The notes beneath the pieces were generated by a model that searched no databases, was not told where the DNA came from, and saw only the letters and a list, made by a program, of their open reading frames with translations. DNA of 64,000 nucleotides from a virus, in the IMG/VR virus record IMGVR_UViG_3300017917_003732, positions 22,996 to 86,995 of that record. One strand, written 5' to 3'. Below, piece after piece: positions 39,391-49,165 of this stretch; positions within the stretch are counted from its first letter, which is position 1; every line of letters begins with the position of its first letter. The position numbers were made by a program, and so were the translations under genes.

Positions 39391-40623
39391 TCAGAGAAGC
39401 GCTCCAGTCGTACCCAAACGATTCACACCAGAAAGTGGAGCAACAGAAGAGTTCCAAGGTATGACTGCCTTGTAAGCTGATACGGTCGGGGAGCCGATAA
39501 CAAGCTTTGTACCAGCTGCATTTCGTTCCAAGTTGGCCGAGTTTTGAATTACCTTGAAAAACTCTATACTCCCGGCAAACCCAGCCACTGTTTCATAAGG
39601 CTGAACAAGATATGGCATCTCATCATAGGTTGGAGTTGCAAATAAACGATTAGGCTGTGTTAGATTCGTGCTCCAACCAAGAGCCTCGTTAAGATTTGAA
39701 ACTTGAATGTTGCGAACATCATAGAAATCGGTGCCAAGAGATGTCCTATTAGCGATCCCTCCTTGATCACCACTAGCACCCGTGAGATCCCCCCAAGTGG
39801 CAGGTGAAGTCGGAAGAGATACTGTCCTGCCTCCGATCATGAGATAAGGGTCCTGAATACCAGCAAGACCACTCCTCAAGGAATGAACCCCGGTATACAA
39901 AAAATGGTAGTTTGCGTCATTCGAATCATCGAACAACAACATTAGCCCATCATGATCAGCAAGAAAATGATATCGTGCTTGCACTCCGCTACTGGGCCCG
40001 ATGAATGTTGCAGCTAAGTTCTGTTTGTTTGTAACGAATGATCCCCCACTATTGTTGCAACGAGGGAAAACGTAGAGCCCTTGCCCACCACTCGGAACTT
40101 TCCAAACAGGTGCTCCCTTAGCTTGGCTACCAAACGAACCCGAATCACCATATGTCCCAAGGGTTCCATTCCAAGGATTATTATCCCCTCCGATGCCTAC
40201 TCCCATTTGTATACTTACCCAAGCTTCAGAATTGGTAATAGTAAGTTGCCCAAAGCTCGCAGAGGGACTCGCCGGTCCAGTTTGTGCCCAATCACTCGCA
40301 TCTGTAGCCCATTGCACAAGAATGTAAAATGGCTCACTCCTACTTCCGGCATAACTTGGATTCGACGGGCTCGTGCTACCTGTACGCCACTCAAACAGGT
40401 ACCAAGCATTGGCTGTAAATGGGGCCGCCTGATTCCAATAATCAATTGCCGCAGCAGATGAAGCACCCGTACCTGCATATCTTGCTCGAAGAGTCACGAT
40501 CCCAAGTGTCTCAAGGTACACAAGGAAGTCGTATAAACCCTTGAAGAACTCCTGGGCATTGACAAATGCAGTACCAGGGTTAGCTGAGACACACTCGATT
40601 TTCCCATAAGCCTGACCTGCCAT
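39391..40623 (-). CDS. Tandem paralog 3 of 4 (410 aa)
   Basis: Start is likely MAGQAYG at 40623 (GGAGG SD, aligns with paralogs), not 40770. Confidence 0.75.
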   Translation of the reverse strand: MAGQAYGKIECVSANPGTAFVNAQEFFKGLYDFLVYLETLGIVTLRARYAGTGASSAAAIDYWNQAAPFTANAWYLFEWRTGSTSPSNPSYAGSRSEPFYILVQWATDASDWAQTGPASPSASFGQLTITNSEAWVSIQMGVGIGGDNNPWNGTLGTYGDSGSFGSQAKGAPVWKVPSGGQGLYVFPRCNNSGGSFVTNKQNLAATFIGPSSGVQARYHFLADHDGLMLLFDDSNDANYHFLYTGVHSLRSGLAGIQDPYLMIGGRTVSLPTSPATWGDLTGASGDQGGIANRTSLGTDFYDVRNIQVSNLNEALGWSTNLTQPNRLFATPTYDEMPYLVQPYETVAGFAGSIEFFKVIQNSANLERNAAGTKLVIGSPTVSAYKAVIPWNSSVAPLSGVNRLGTTGALL

Positions 40624-40631
40624 ACTGCCTC

Positions 40632-41867
40632 CTAGAAGACGAGCCCCTCTCGGGTCAAACCGATACCTGGATTCACATTGGGGGGCCAAGGGACCGAAAG
40701 CTTGACAACATTGGGGATGGCCGTAGACCCACCCACGACCAGACGAGTACCATTGCCGGTTGTGCGGCACCGAGCTTCAGCACCGGCTACCTCGCGAATA
40801 AAATCAATTTGCCCAGCATACCCATACCAATTCGGGGCCTCCCACATAGCAAGAGGGATAGGGAAGTCGTCTAAGACAGGAATAGAAAAGTACTTGTTAG
40901 GCAATCCTAAAACATAGGGTGATAGCGAGTCAAAAAAAGTCTGATAGCGATCAATGAGCAAGCCCTTGACACCATTTACTGCTGGGTCTGGACCAGGGAT
41001 CCCCCCTCCGTTACAAGGGTTCGAAGTTCCATAACCTCTACCGTCAATGCTTCCATACACCTGATTTCGAATAATAGGCAATGGGTTTGTGATCGTATTG
41101 ATCATGACCATCGGATAATCAAAAGTCAGATAAGGTCGCGGGACAAACAACCCGAAGTAGGTCAAAGCCCAAGTTTCAGTATAGTACTGATCCCAGAGGA
41201 TCACGAGGTTATCATCATCTGTAATAATGTGCATCGTAGCTGAAAAGGTAGCATTATTGCCATCCCTATAGGCAATATGGCTCATGTTTTCTCTATTAGT
41301 CACATGAGCCCCTCCCACATTATTGGAACGAGGGTAAACCAAAGCGGCTGAGCCTCCCTCCGGAGTCTTCCACACTGGAGTACCTTTAACATTTTCCCCT
41401 AGGGTCCCACTGCCATTCCATGGGTTCTGATCCCCTCCAATTCCAATGGCAAACTGAATGGCAACACGAGTATTACCCCCACTAGAGTTTGTATTATCCT
41501 CACATTTTCCTGGGTTACCAGGGGCAGACCCAAAAACAGCTTGGTCATCCCTATTCCACTGCACAAGAACATACCAAGGGTATGTTCTAGGTCCAAGGTA
41601 CAACGGATTCTCGGTCAAGGTGTTCATCCGAAAGACGAACCAAGCATTATTCCTGAATGGGTTGGGCTCGTCCCAATAATTGACATCAGCCGCACCACCC
41701 CCGAAACCTCCATGACGGGCAATCTCGGTCATATTCGGGTGAACTTTGAAAGTCTTATAGATAGAGGTAAAAACTTCTTGAGTCGTCTCCCGATACGTCC
41801 CATACCCACCAGAATATGGACGCTGCCCAAAATAACACTCGACCCGTCCTCGAATCGTGCCAGACAT
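40632..41867 (-). CDS. Tandem paralog 2 of 4 (411 aa)
   Basis: Same motif set; shares HPNMTEIAR with 41877-43082. Confidence 0.75.
   Translation of the reverse strand: MSGTIRGRVECYFGQRPYSGGYGTYRETTQEVFTSIYKTFKVHPNMTEIARHGGFGGGAADVNYWDEPNPFRNNAWFVFRMNTLTENPLYLGPRTYPWYVLVQWNRDDQAVFGSAPGNPGKCEDNTNSSGGNTRVAIQFAIGIGGDQNPWNGSGTLGENVKGTPVWKTPEGGSAALVYPRSNNVGGAHVTNRENMSHIAYRDGNNATFSATMHIITDDDNLVILWDQYYTETWALTYFGLFVPRPYLTFDYPMVMINTITNPLPIIRNQVYGSIDGRGYGTSNPCNGGGIPGPDPAVNGVKGLLIDRYQTFFDSLSPYVLGLPNKYFSIPVLDDFPIPLAMWEAPNWYGYAGQIDFIREVAGAEARCRTTGNGTRLVVGGSTAIPNVVKLSVPWPPNVNPGIGLTREGLVF
41364..41387. repeat. 24-bp exact direct repeat, second copy at 42567-42590
   Basis: agtcttccacactggagtaccttt occurs in both copies and encodes KGTPVWKT in paralogs 1 and 2. 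Confidence 0.9.
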
Positions 41868-41876
41868 AGAGGGACC

Positions 41877-43082
41877 TCATGGGAAAGTAATACCAGCCCG
41901 AGTGAAATTCGATCGAGGCACCGTTGACCCGTTCCATGGCACGGTCAGCTTCACCCCAAAGGGACTATTAGCTCCAAACGCAGCCCTAGTCCTCCCTACA
42001 TTAGCATCGTGAGGAGAAAATCCAAAAACCTCACGAATAAGGTCAATTTCACCTGCATACCCGTAAAAACTTGGGGACTCATATGAAATGACAGGAATTT
42101 TCCACTCATCGAACTGCTCAGAAGGGAACATCTTGTTCGGCGCTGCATAAGCACTGAAGAACTCGTCATACCTAGAGGTGATCACCCCTCTAACCGATTC
42201 AGTACTCACACTATTCCAGGGAATTCCCCCTCCTGGGGCCACTCCAGTGGTTGGGCCATAAACATTGTTCACCGTAGTGATGGGTAAACTCGATGAGATC
42301 TGAACCATCGGATAATTAATTGTTATCCCAGGTCTAACTGTATAAAGCCCAAAGTAAGTCAAAGCCCAAGTAGACGCATCATCACCTACGTTTGTCAAAA
42401 GAATAAGATCATCATCATCTGCCAAAAAATGATACCTAACAGGGGAAGTAGCGCCTGTATTAAGTACAGTAGAGCAATTCTCACGACTAGTTGCATGAGA
42501 CCCACCAAGGTTACTTGATCTTGGGAAAACGAACGTCCCCTGAAATCCAGAGGGTGACCCAGCAGTAGTCTTCCACACTGGAGTACCTTTGGTGTTTGCC
42601 CCTAACGTTCCACCGCCATTCCATGCCACCTCACTAGTACCCGCAATAGTTCCCACTGGAATAGCAAACTGAATCCCAATGACGCCATTGCTACCTCCAG
42701 GGTTGGTGGCCCCCTCAATAAGACAAGGAGCAGCTGGGGAAGCATTGACATTTTGCCCCCCGTCCGCCCGGTAAAAAACAACATGAACATACCATGGAAA
42801 AGTCCTTGGTCCACTATATCCTGTAGGATTCGCAGACCCATTCTCCAAGGTGGCATCATTCATTCTGAAAACATACCACGCAAGATGCTTAAACGGGTTC
42901 GTTTCGTCGTAATAATCTACACTAGATGCTGAACCCCCAGAACCACCGTTTCGAGCGATCTCGGTCATATTGGGGTGGCTTTTGAAAAAGTCATAAAGTC
43001 CCTTAAATACACATTGAGCCGTGTTGTATTGGTTCAGAGTATTTGAGTAACAGTCAATCTTTCCCCTTAATGTTCCACCCAT
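41877..43082 (-). CDS. Tandem paralog 1 of 4 (401 aa)
   Basis: Same motif set. Confidence 0.75.
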   Translation of the reverse strand: MGGTLRGKIDCYSNTLNQYNTAQCVFKGLYDFFKSHPNMTEIARNGGSGGSASSVDYYDETNPFKHLAWYVFRMNDATLENGSANPTGYSGPRTFPWYVHVVFYRADGGQNVNASPAAPCLIEGATNPGGSNGVIGIQFAIPVGTIAGTSEVAWNGGGTLGANTKGTPVWKTTAGSPSGFQGTFVFPRSSNLGGSHATSRENCSTVLNTGATSPVRYHFLADDDDLILLTNVGDDASTWALTYFGLYTVRPGITINYPMVQISSSLPITTVNNVYGPTTGVAPGGGIPWNSVSTESVRGVITSRYDEFFSAYAAPNKMFPSEQFDEWKIPVISYESPSFYGYAGEIDLIREVFGFSPHDANVGRTRAAFGANSPFGVKLTVPWNGSTVPRSNFTRAGITFP

Positions 43083-43085
43083 GTC

Positions 43086-44252
43086 TCAACCCCACTTCGC
43101 AACAATTTTCGCACTCGTGCAGGTAACCCTATCGGCGGGGCCACCAGGAACAGTCATCCAGAGAAGTACTTCATAGTCCTTCGTGCCAGAAGGAAGTGTG
43201 AGGACCTGCTCGACTTGGGTTGGGGTCTCAATGTTCGTGATTAACGGGGTACCCAGGTACTCACCATCTGTCAAGTTATATACCTGAATCGAACAGATTC
43301 GGCCAACCGTCACCTCAATCTGCGCCACAAACTTGAATTGAGTATTAGTTGGAAAGTCATTAGTACTTATACGGCAGGTTCCAATTCGGGTAGGAAGCGT
43401 CTGATCAGTTGTCTTCAAGCCCGCCACCATATCGAATTCACGAACACGCTGAAAGGTCTTATCACCTACCAAAGAAAGTCTAGCTAGGCTCCACTGAGAC
43501 CCATCCGAAACAAGTTCTGCCTCATAGGTCGTAACCCCAATCGGCGGGGCTGACAGGTCTAAGAGCGTAGAACCTCCGACTCCATTCAATACCTGTACTC
43601 CAGCCGCCCCGGACGTAAGACTCACAAGATATCGAAACCTTTTTCCTTCCGATGCCGGAACAACCAATTGTTCGGTATATAAGCCAGAACCAGAACCAAC
43701 CGAAACTACACGAAAGGGCTTGCTTGCTCCGTCTTGGACCTGGAAAGTTTCTTGAGCCCCTGTATGGTTGACCACTTGAATGTGTCCAACATATCGTCCA
43801 ACCCGCGACTTCAGAAACCTGAGGTAGGCATCAAGTTGAAAGTTCGTCGAAGCATTAGCTCGCCCGGCCCACCCACCCCTCTGAGCGTCTGGACTTTGGT
43901 TAGTCATATACCCAGACTGACCCGCAGAAGGCAGTGTCAGGTCATCCTCGTCTGCCACCCCAAAAAACTTGTAGTCCGAAGTAACAACTGTTACCTCAGT
44001 GCGAGTCAACTTGAAAATGTAAACCCCATCAAGTGGCGGTGTAATCGTCGCCACTTGAGAGGTTTCATTCACGATAACCGGAGGTGTCGCTAACGAGGCA
44101 GGCCAAGACAGCAGTTCCCAGAGGTATGACGTAGCGCCCGGACCCCCATCATCCGTACACGTAACCTCTATCCCAGGGGAAAAGCCAAAAACCGACTTAC
44201 CACTACCTCCTACGGTAGACCCTTGGGTAAACTGACAGGTTGCTACTGCCAT
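43086..44252 (-). CDS. Virion protein with N-terminal PKD/Ig-like domain (388 aa)
   Basis: ATSYLWELLSWP...ATITPPLDGVYIFKLT is a PKD-type signature. Confidence 0.65.
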   Translation of the reverse strand: MAVATCQFTQGSTVGGSGKSVFGFSPGIEVTCTDDGGPGATSYLWELLSWPASLATPPVIVNETSQVATITPPLDGVYIFKLTRTEVTVVTSDYKFFGVADEDDLTLPSAGQSGYMTNQSPDAQRGGWAGRANASTNFQLDAYLRFLKSRVGRYVGHIQVVNHTGAQETFQVQDGASKPFRVVSVGSGSGLYTEQLVVPASEGKRFRYLVSLTSGAAGVQVLNGVGGSTLLDLSAPPIGVTTYEAELVSDGSQWSLARLSLVGDKTFQRVREFDMVAGLKTTDQTLPTRIGTCRISTNDFPTNTQFKFVAQIEVTVGRICSIQVYNLTDGEYLGTPLITNIETPTQVEQVLTLPSGTKDYEVLLWMTVPGGPADRVTCTSAKIVAKWG

Positions 44253-44263
44253 AGTACATTTCC

Positions 44264-44800
44264 CTACGACAGTGTAATGGCAAAGGTAACCGTAAGAGTG
44301 TCATTCGTGAAAAGTGTGCGAGGGGCGAACTGAATCTCATGAGCCATTTTACCCGACACCGAAGCGTCAAAGAGAGCTGTCTTCTGCACTCCCTGAGGGC
44401 CTGGGACACCTGTGTAGGTAAATATCTTCTGGAGGACTGTTTGAGTCCCAGATCCTGTGGGTAGGGTCACAGTCGCGAGTGACCGGCCCAGCCCAGCCGT
44501 TCCGACATCTTCCTGAATCTCACCCGCAAGCTCTACATCGCTAGCTGCTGGAACTGTTGCGTCGTTAGATAGGGCAATGTAATTTAGTCCACCACCAAGG
44601 TCTGCTCGCTGTGAGCCAGAGCCATAAAGATAAGTGTGGATTCTTTGACGTCCAGCGTCTGTCACAATGTTATGGGACTCTTGCTCGTCGATGACTTTTC
44701 GCACCCAAATGCCACGCTTCTCATCGAAGTCATAGGGACGAGAATGAGTGATGGTGGCCCGAGCCCTGGGGCCCTTAAGATCGCTGACCTGGATGAGCAT
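44264..44800 (-). CDS. Tail collar-like protein (178 aa), paralog of 29392-30036
   Basis: HNIVTDAG, YIALS, L.GEI, ALF, FAPRTLFTNDTLTVTFAITLS; start reassigned to ATG 44800 because of GGAGG SD. Confidence 0.65.
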   Translation of the reverse strand: MLIQVSDLKGPRARATITHSRPYDFDEKRGIWVRKVIDEQESHNIVTDAGRQRIHTYLYGSGSQRADLGGGLNYIALSNDATVPAASDVELAGEIQEDVGTAGLGRSLATVTLPTGSGTQTVLQKIFTYTGVPGPQGVQKTALFDASVSGKMAHEIQFAPRTLFTNDTLTVTFAITLS

Positions 44801-44805
44801 GGAAA

Positions 44806-44875
44806 GGTTCCTCCGTAGGGGTGCTAGGGATAAGTATTTCCCCGGCTGAATTCCCTCGATGCTCAAGAAGGAACC
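44806..44875 (-). promoter_or_regulatory. Anti-SD / candidate late promoter / SD arrangement
   Basis: GGUUCCUUC (44875-44867) pairs over 9 bp with GGAGGAACC (44814-44806); motif GAAATAC-TTAT at 44840-44830 lies between the arms. Confidence 0.65.
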
Positions 44876-44886
44876 ATAGAAGGTTT

Positions 44887-45702
44887 CTAAAAGTCGCTGG
44901 AGTGATCCTCTCCCACGACCTGGTGATTTACCTTGACTCCGAGTCGGTCACGATTCCGCAAACCGCGATTGAACTTTCGAAAATCTTCGTAGTAGTAGTT
45001 CGATAATCGCCACCGAGAAGCATCAAGGATTTTCCCCCCAGAATCCTTATTTGGTTCATACCTATCTCGAAACACATACCGGATTGAAAACAAAGTATGT
45101 GCAGGCCTGATAATGTTGAGAATCAAACGGATATTGGCACCAACCGAAAAAATGTCCGGAGGAAAAGACCCATCCAGACTATCAATGGAGATCTGAAACC
45201 CAAACTGATCCGAAATGTCGTAGCCCGAAGCCCCAGCCCGGACAAGAAGAAAATTTTCGGTAATGGTTATACTACTCGAAACAAAAAGCTGAATACCTTC
45301 TCGAATCGAAGCAGGAACGGACCCTTGAAAGTAGATCCGAATAACATTCAATAGGAAGTTCTTAAATTCCTGATCGTCAAAGGTAGTAGTCGGTAACTTC
45401 CCATTGAGAAATACCATATACCCGATTAGACTGTAAATGAAGTCTGAACGAGTATTTTTGAAGTTTGAGTCGAACTCCACGTCCTCTAGTGCCAACTCCA
45501 AACGCGCAAGTTCCACAGCCACTGCTTTGATCTCTAAGGTATAATTTGGCCCTTGTACCGTCGAGATATAGTTTGACGGAAGAAGGTTCATAAGGTTCGT
45601 AAAAATGACCTGTGCTCGATTGATAAGCCGGAGTTGATACTCCTTACCCACTGGCTGGATCGTAGCATTGAGACGATCTTGCTCTTTGATGAATCGAGCC
45701 AT
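44887..45702 (-). CDS. Baseplate wedge subunit (P2 gpI / Mu gp48-like)
   Basis: Follows the J-like gene; LLPSNY, helical core, IIRPAHTLF motif. Confidence 0.7.
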   Translation of the reverse strand: MARFIKEQDRLNATIQPVGKEYQLRLINRAQVIFTNLMNLLPSNYISTVQGPNYTLEIKAVAVELARLELALEDVEFDSNFKNTRSDFIYSLIGYMVFLNGKLPTTTFDDQEFKNFLLNVIRIYFQGSVPASIREGIQLFVSSSITITENFLLVRAGASGYDISDQFGFQISIDSLDGSFPPDIFSVGANIRLILNIIRPAHTLFSIRYVFRDRYEPNKDSGGKILDASRWRLSNYYYEDFRKFNRGLRNRDRLGVKVNHQVVGEDHSSDF

Positions 45703-45708
45703 TTAGAA

Positions 45709-48700
45709 TCACCCCGCAGATCGATAGGTCACCGTGAAATTTCCGAGCTCTATGAACTCCACCCCCGAAGACAAAACATCCTTTGAGCCGGAGTCCCCAC
45801 GAACAACATACGACACCGCATAAGAATGATTGAGGGGTGTATCAGTCAAGCTTCCCGAACTCGAAAGGGAGACAACAACATGGTTGGCTGTCCGCTTGAG
45901 AAGTTCGGCATCTTGTTCTGAGGGTGTAAGAAAACCTTCAGCGTATAGTGTCACAGAGTCAGTATATCCAGGAATAGTAGCTCCAGAAGACCCTATAATG
46001 TACGCCTGCCCAACCACTGTAGCTACTGAAAAGAGAGACGAGCTGAGGGCCATAGCCTCGTCATCCTGGAAGACCCCTTTATGTTCAGTCACAAGTCCCC
46101 CTCCGTCGGTCGTAGGTGACTGCAACGCGGTCGTCAGAATATATGCACGGTTCCCTCCAACACTCAATGAGGAAAGCTCCTTGTTTGCCGAAGTGAGGCC
46201 CTCTCGAAGCTTCCGAGATCCATCCGCATAAGCCATTTTGGCTAGCGGAACAACCTGATAGTCAACCCCATCTGTAGAGTCCACCGCATTGATTATGTCG
46301 GACTGAGCAATCCCCTGACCAATCAAACGCTTGTTCACCTCCAAACTGACAGCAGATCGCGTAGCCGGGTCCACCTTGTCCCTAGTAGTGCCAGAAAAAA
46401 GCTGAACCGTAGTCTCGATATCAATAGAATTCTGAATAGCTTGCTTGACAACCACATCAGCCGTCACATGCCGACGAGAATTGATCGTCCGTTGCAATTG
46501 CTGAAGCAAATCATTGACTACATAAGTGACTGTGAAGTTCTCATCATGTACATAATCCACAGAGACTGTAGCACCGTTCGGAATAGTTGATGTCGAGGTT
46601 CGAACGATCTTGACTGGAGTAGTCGGAGTTCCGTCAATGACTTGATAGTCAGGAAGAGTAGTGTCAGGACCACTGTATTCGGTCAAACGATCTTCGCTAA
46701 AAACACGAAGGGTTTTCGTATTAATTCCAATCGACCCAAGGGGCTCCTCTGTAAACCCTATAAGGGCATGCAACTCATGGTTCACCGGAATGGTCTCACC
46801 AGAAGGGATCCCACCCACTTGACTGATCACCAAGTAATCAGTAGAGACGGTGCTTTCCCCTTCTAGGAGAGGGTCTGATGGTTTGTATAGATCGTAACCC
46901 CCTGAGGGATCCAATGCTCCAGAAACCTCACCTATAACCGACACGAGGCGTCGAACGGGTTGAAATGTGAACTGGAACTGATTGAAAACTCGAAACCTGT
47001 AATCGGCTGTGATAACATCATCCGAGTTTGTGACAACCTGACCGACGATAGTTGGATCTAACTTAAATGTCTGGTAGTCGAGAATTTGGGCCCCCGTGAG
47101 GATGTAATCAACCCCTTGTGTAACATTACGAACCCCAAAACCTTGAGTGGGGTTGTCAAGAATCTCTGTAATTGGCGTATTCACCGTCACACGACTATCT
47201 TGAACGCGGAAAATCAGGTTACTGAGATCGAGAATAACGCATTGGATATCCCGGGCCACCTCAAAAGTAAACGCGAACTTTTCTGTGATCTGACGCTCAC
47301 GGAGCCCCTGGACCCAAATATCAACCTTTCCTCCAATATGCTTACGACGAACAGAGTCATAATCACGCATCATCAATGCATCGCCACTCTTAATGACTTT
47401 GGCTTTGATGATCCCAATCTGCTCGGCCGAGATAGAAGCGTAACCTCCTTCGGTTCCAGTATCAACAGAAACAAACCCGAGAAGGCATCGAGTCGCAAGA
47501 TCTGCATTACTCTCTCGATCCGCACCAAAAACAGTAGCCTCCGTATTTGTAACCAGCAATCCAGTCACACCCGAGGTATTTTTTATTTGCCCAGCCGGAC
47601 GATTTCCGTCAGCCCCGACGGACTCCGCCACGATGTCTACTACTAGCTCCCATCGCTTGGTATCGAAATTGTAATAGGAGTCGGCCTGAGAAGCTGGCAA
47701 CACATAGGTCCCGCCAACGCGAAACCGAACCGAAGGAATCCCGAGTTCTGAATCCGCATTGGTACTTACAATCGTCCCAGAAGGGACCGTCAAGTTGAAG
47801 ACTGGTTTGGAGGTAGTGTAAAAAACAGCTTGTCCAACAGCTGGCCGACCTGGAAGGCGCTTTTTATTGACATTCCCAGCCAACTTGTCAAAGGCAGAAT
47901 CTATGAGTGCCTGAACCGCCTGATTCGTACTATACCCTAGGGCTGCCTTTATCGCAGTCTTGTATGCACTGGACTCAACTAAATCCGATACACCGTTACC
48001 GCTAACATTGTCAAGCTGCATAAGTGTCAGAAAACTCTGGCACTTATGAACAAAGTCGATCAGAAAATAAAGACGTTCCGCCTCAGAACTGAAAGGGTCA
48101 ATTGAAACGTCTCGCGTAGTTGACCCAGGGACAAGACTGACCTCTCGGTTAACCCTTTGAATTGCACTCACATAGTCGGTAACAATTTGAAACTGATTCC
48201 TGGAGGGCAACTCTCGTAGGTTGGTGTCAATGACAAGTGGGGCCCCCAACACTTCTTGCGAATAGGCACTCTCCACTTCCTCACCGGTAGCCGGGTCATA
48301 GTAAACCGCTGTGACAACGTAGTAGATTGGAAGCGAGTCGGGAACACTTGCAAATTGATCAGAATTTATACTGTCAACGGACCCTGTTCGAATGTGCCGA
48401 AAAGAAATAAACTCGATAAGAGAGTAATCCTCTAGGGTAGACGAAAACCTCAACTTGTCCGTATATGGGGAAACATCATATACCTTCTCCAAACGCACCG
48501 TGAGATCATTTCCGAAGTCATCCTGATCAACCAACCGAAGGACAAGGTTAGCTCGATTGTCATTTTCGAAAGAGGTGCTCTCTGAAGCAATCGTCGTAGT
48601 GCTCTCTTCATATACCGTAGACTTAGCTGAAACCACTGAAGAATTGATTTTATAGTACCCGTTAGTACCGCCAGGGGTGGTAGAGGCATAAAAGTTGAAC

Positions 48701-49161
48701 CCCCTGAAGGTATTATCTAACGGTGTCCCGTTAGTACTGAATTGCTGGGATGGGACAGCAACCAATATATCCACAGCGTTCCTTCGCCTACGAACTCGAA
48801 TCCCAGAGGGAGTGTCAACCTGTAACACATCGGACTGCTTGACTTTTGTAACCGAGACAGAAGAGGCTCCACTCACGCTCCCGATAGTATCGATAGTCCG
48901 GATCAGAATGGTATTCAGACCAGGCTCTAAGATGATACCATCAGGGTAGTTGTCCTGGTTTGGAACCGTAAAGTTTGGGAGGTCAAACCGAACAAGAGTT
49001 GGGTCCGAAACAAAACCCCCGCCATTAATCGAGACCTGTATGTCAGCAGCCGACACATCCACCCGGCCCTCGATGACAATCGCCTCTTGGTTGGTCGAAA
49101 AAACGAGATTCTGAGTGTAGCCAGAACCGTCACGGAGCTTAATTTGAGGTGCCGTTGCCAT
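45709..49161 (-). CDS. Baseplate J-like wedge protein with N-terminal Ig/FN3-like extension
   Basis: AVGQAVFY, VPSGTIVST, AESVGADGN, GADRESNADLATR, GTEGGY, GKVDIWV. Confidence 0.85.
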   Translation of the reverse strand: MATAPQIKLRDGSGYTQNLVFSTNQEAIVIEGRVDVSAADIQVSINGGGFVSDPTLVRFDLPNFTVPNQDNYPDGIILEPGLNTILIRTIDTIGSVSGASSVSVTKVKQSDVLQVDTPSGIRVRRRRNAVDILVAVPSQQFSTNGTPLDNTFRGFNFYASTTPGGTNGYYKINSSVVSAKSTVYEESTTTIASESTSFENDNRANLVLRLVDQDDFGNDLTVRLEKVYDVSPYTDKLRFSSTLEDYSLIEFISFRHIRTGSVDSINSDQFASVPDSLPIYYVVTAVYYDPATGEEVESAYSQEVLGAPLVIDTNLRELPSRNQFQIVTDYVSAIQRVNREVSLVPGSTTRDVSIDPFSSEAERLYFLIDFVHKCQSFLTLMQLDNVSGNGVSDLVESSAYKTAIKAALGYSTNQAVQALIDSAFDKLAGNVNKKRLPGRPAVGQAVFYTTSKPVFNLTVPSGTIVSTNADSELGIPSVRFRVGGTYVLPASQADSYYNFDTKRWELVVDIVAESVGADGNRPAGQIKNTSGVTGLLVTNTEATVFGADRESNADLATRCLLGFVSVDTGTEGGYASISAEQIGIIKAKVIKSGDALMMRDYDSVRRKHIGGKVDIWVQGLRERQITEKFAFTFEVARDIQCVILDLSNLIFRVQDSRVTVNTPITEILDNPTQGFGVRNVTQGVDYILTGAQILDYQTFKLDPTIVGQVVTNSDDVITADYRFRVFNQFQFTFQPVRRLVSVIGEVSGALDPSGGYDLYKPSDPLLEGESTVSTDYLVISQVGGIPSGETIPVNHELHALIGFTEEPLGSIGINTKTLRVFSEDRLTEYSGPDTTLPDYQVIDGTPTTPVKIVRTSTSTIPNGATVSVDYVHDENFTVTYVVNDLLQQLQRTINSRRHVTADVVVKQAIQNSIDIETTVQLFSGTTRDKVDPATRSAVSLEVNKRLIGQGIAQSDIINAVDSTDGVDYQVVPLAKMAYADGSRKLREGLTSANKELSSLSVGGNRAYILTTALQSPTTDGGGLVTEHKGVFQDDEAMALSSSLFSVATVVGQAYIIGSSGATIPGYTDSVTLYAEGFLTPSEQDAELLKRTANHVVVSLSSSGSLTDTPLNHSYAVSYVVRGDSGSKDVLSSGVEFIELGNFTVTYRSAG

Positions 49162-49165
49162 ATCT

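Noticed and set aside
40624-40770. 49-aa N-terminal extension of the 459-aa ORF (likewise the extensions to 44866, 60363, 11305 and 9136)
   Set aside because: These extensions overlap upstream genes or lack an SD; downstream ATGs have an SD or are coupled to the upstream stop, and align with paralogs where available.
38139-43082. Diversity-generating retroelement or shufflon acting on the paralog array
   Set aside because: No reverse transcriptase, no near-identical TR/VR pair differing at adenines, no invertase and no inverted cassettes seen in the window.
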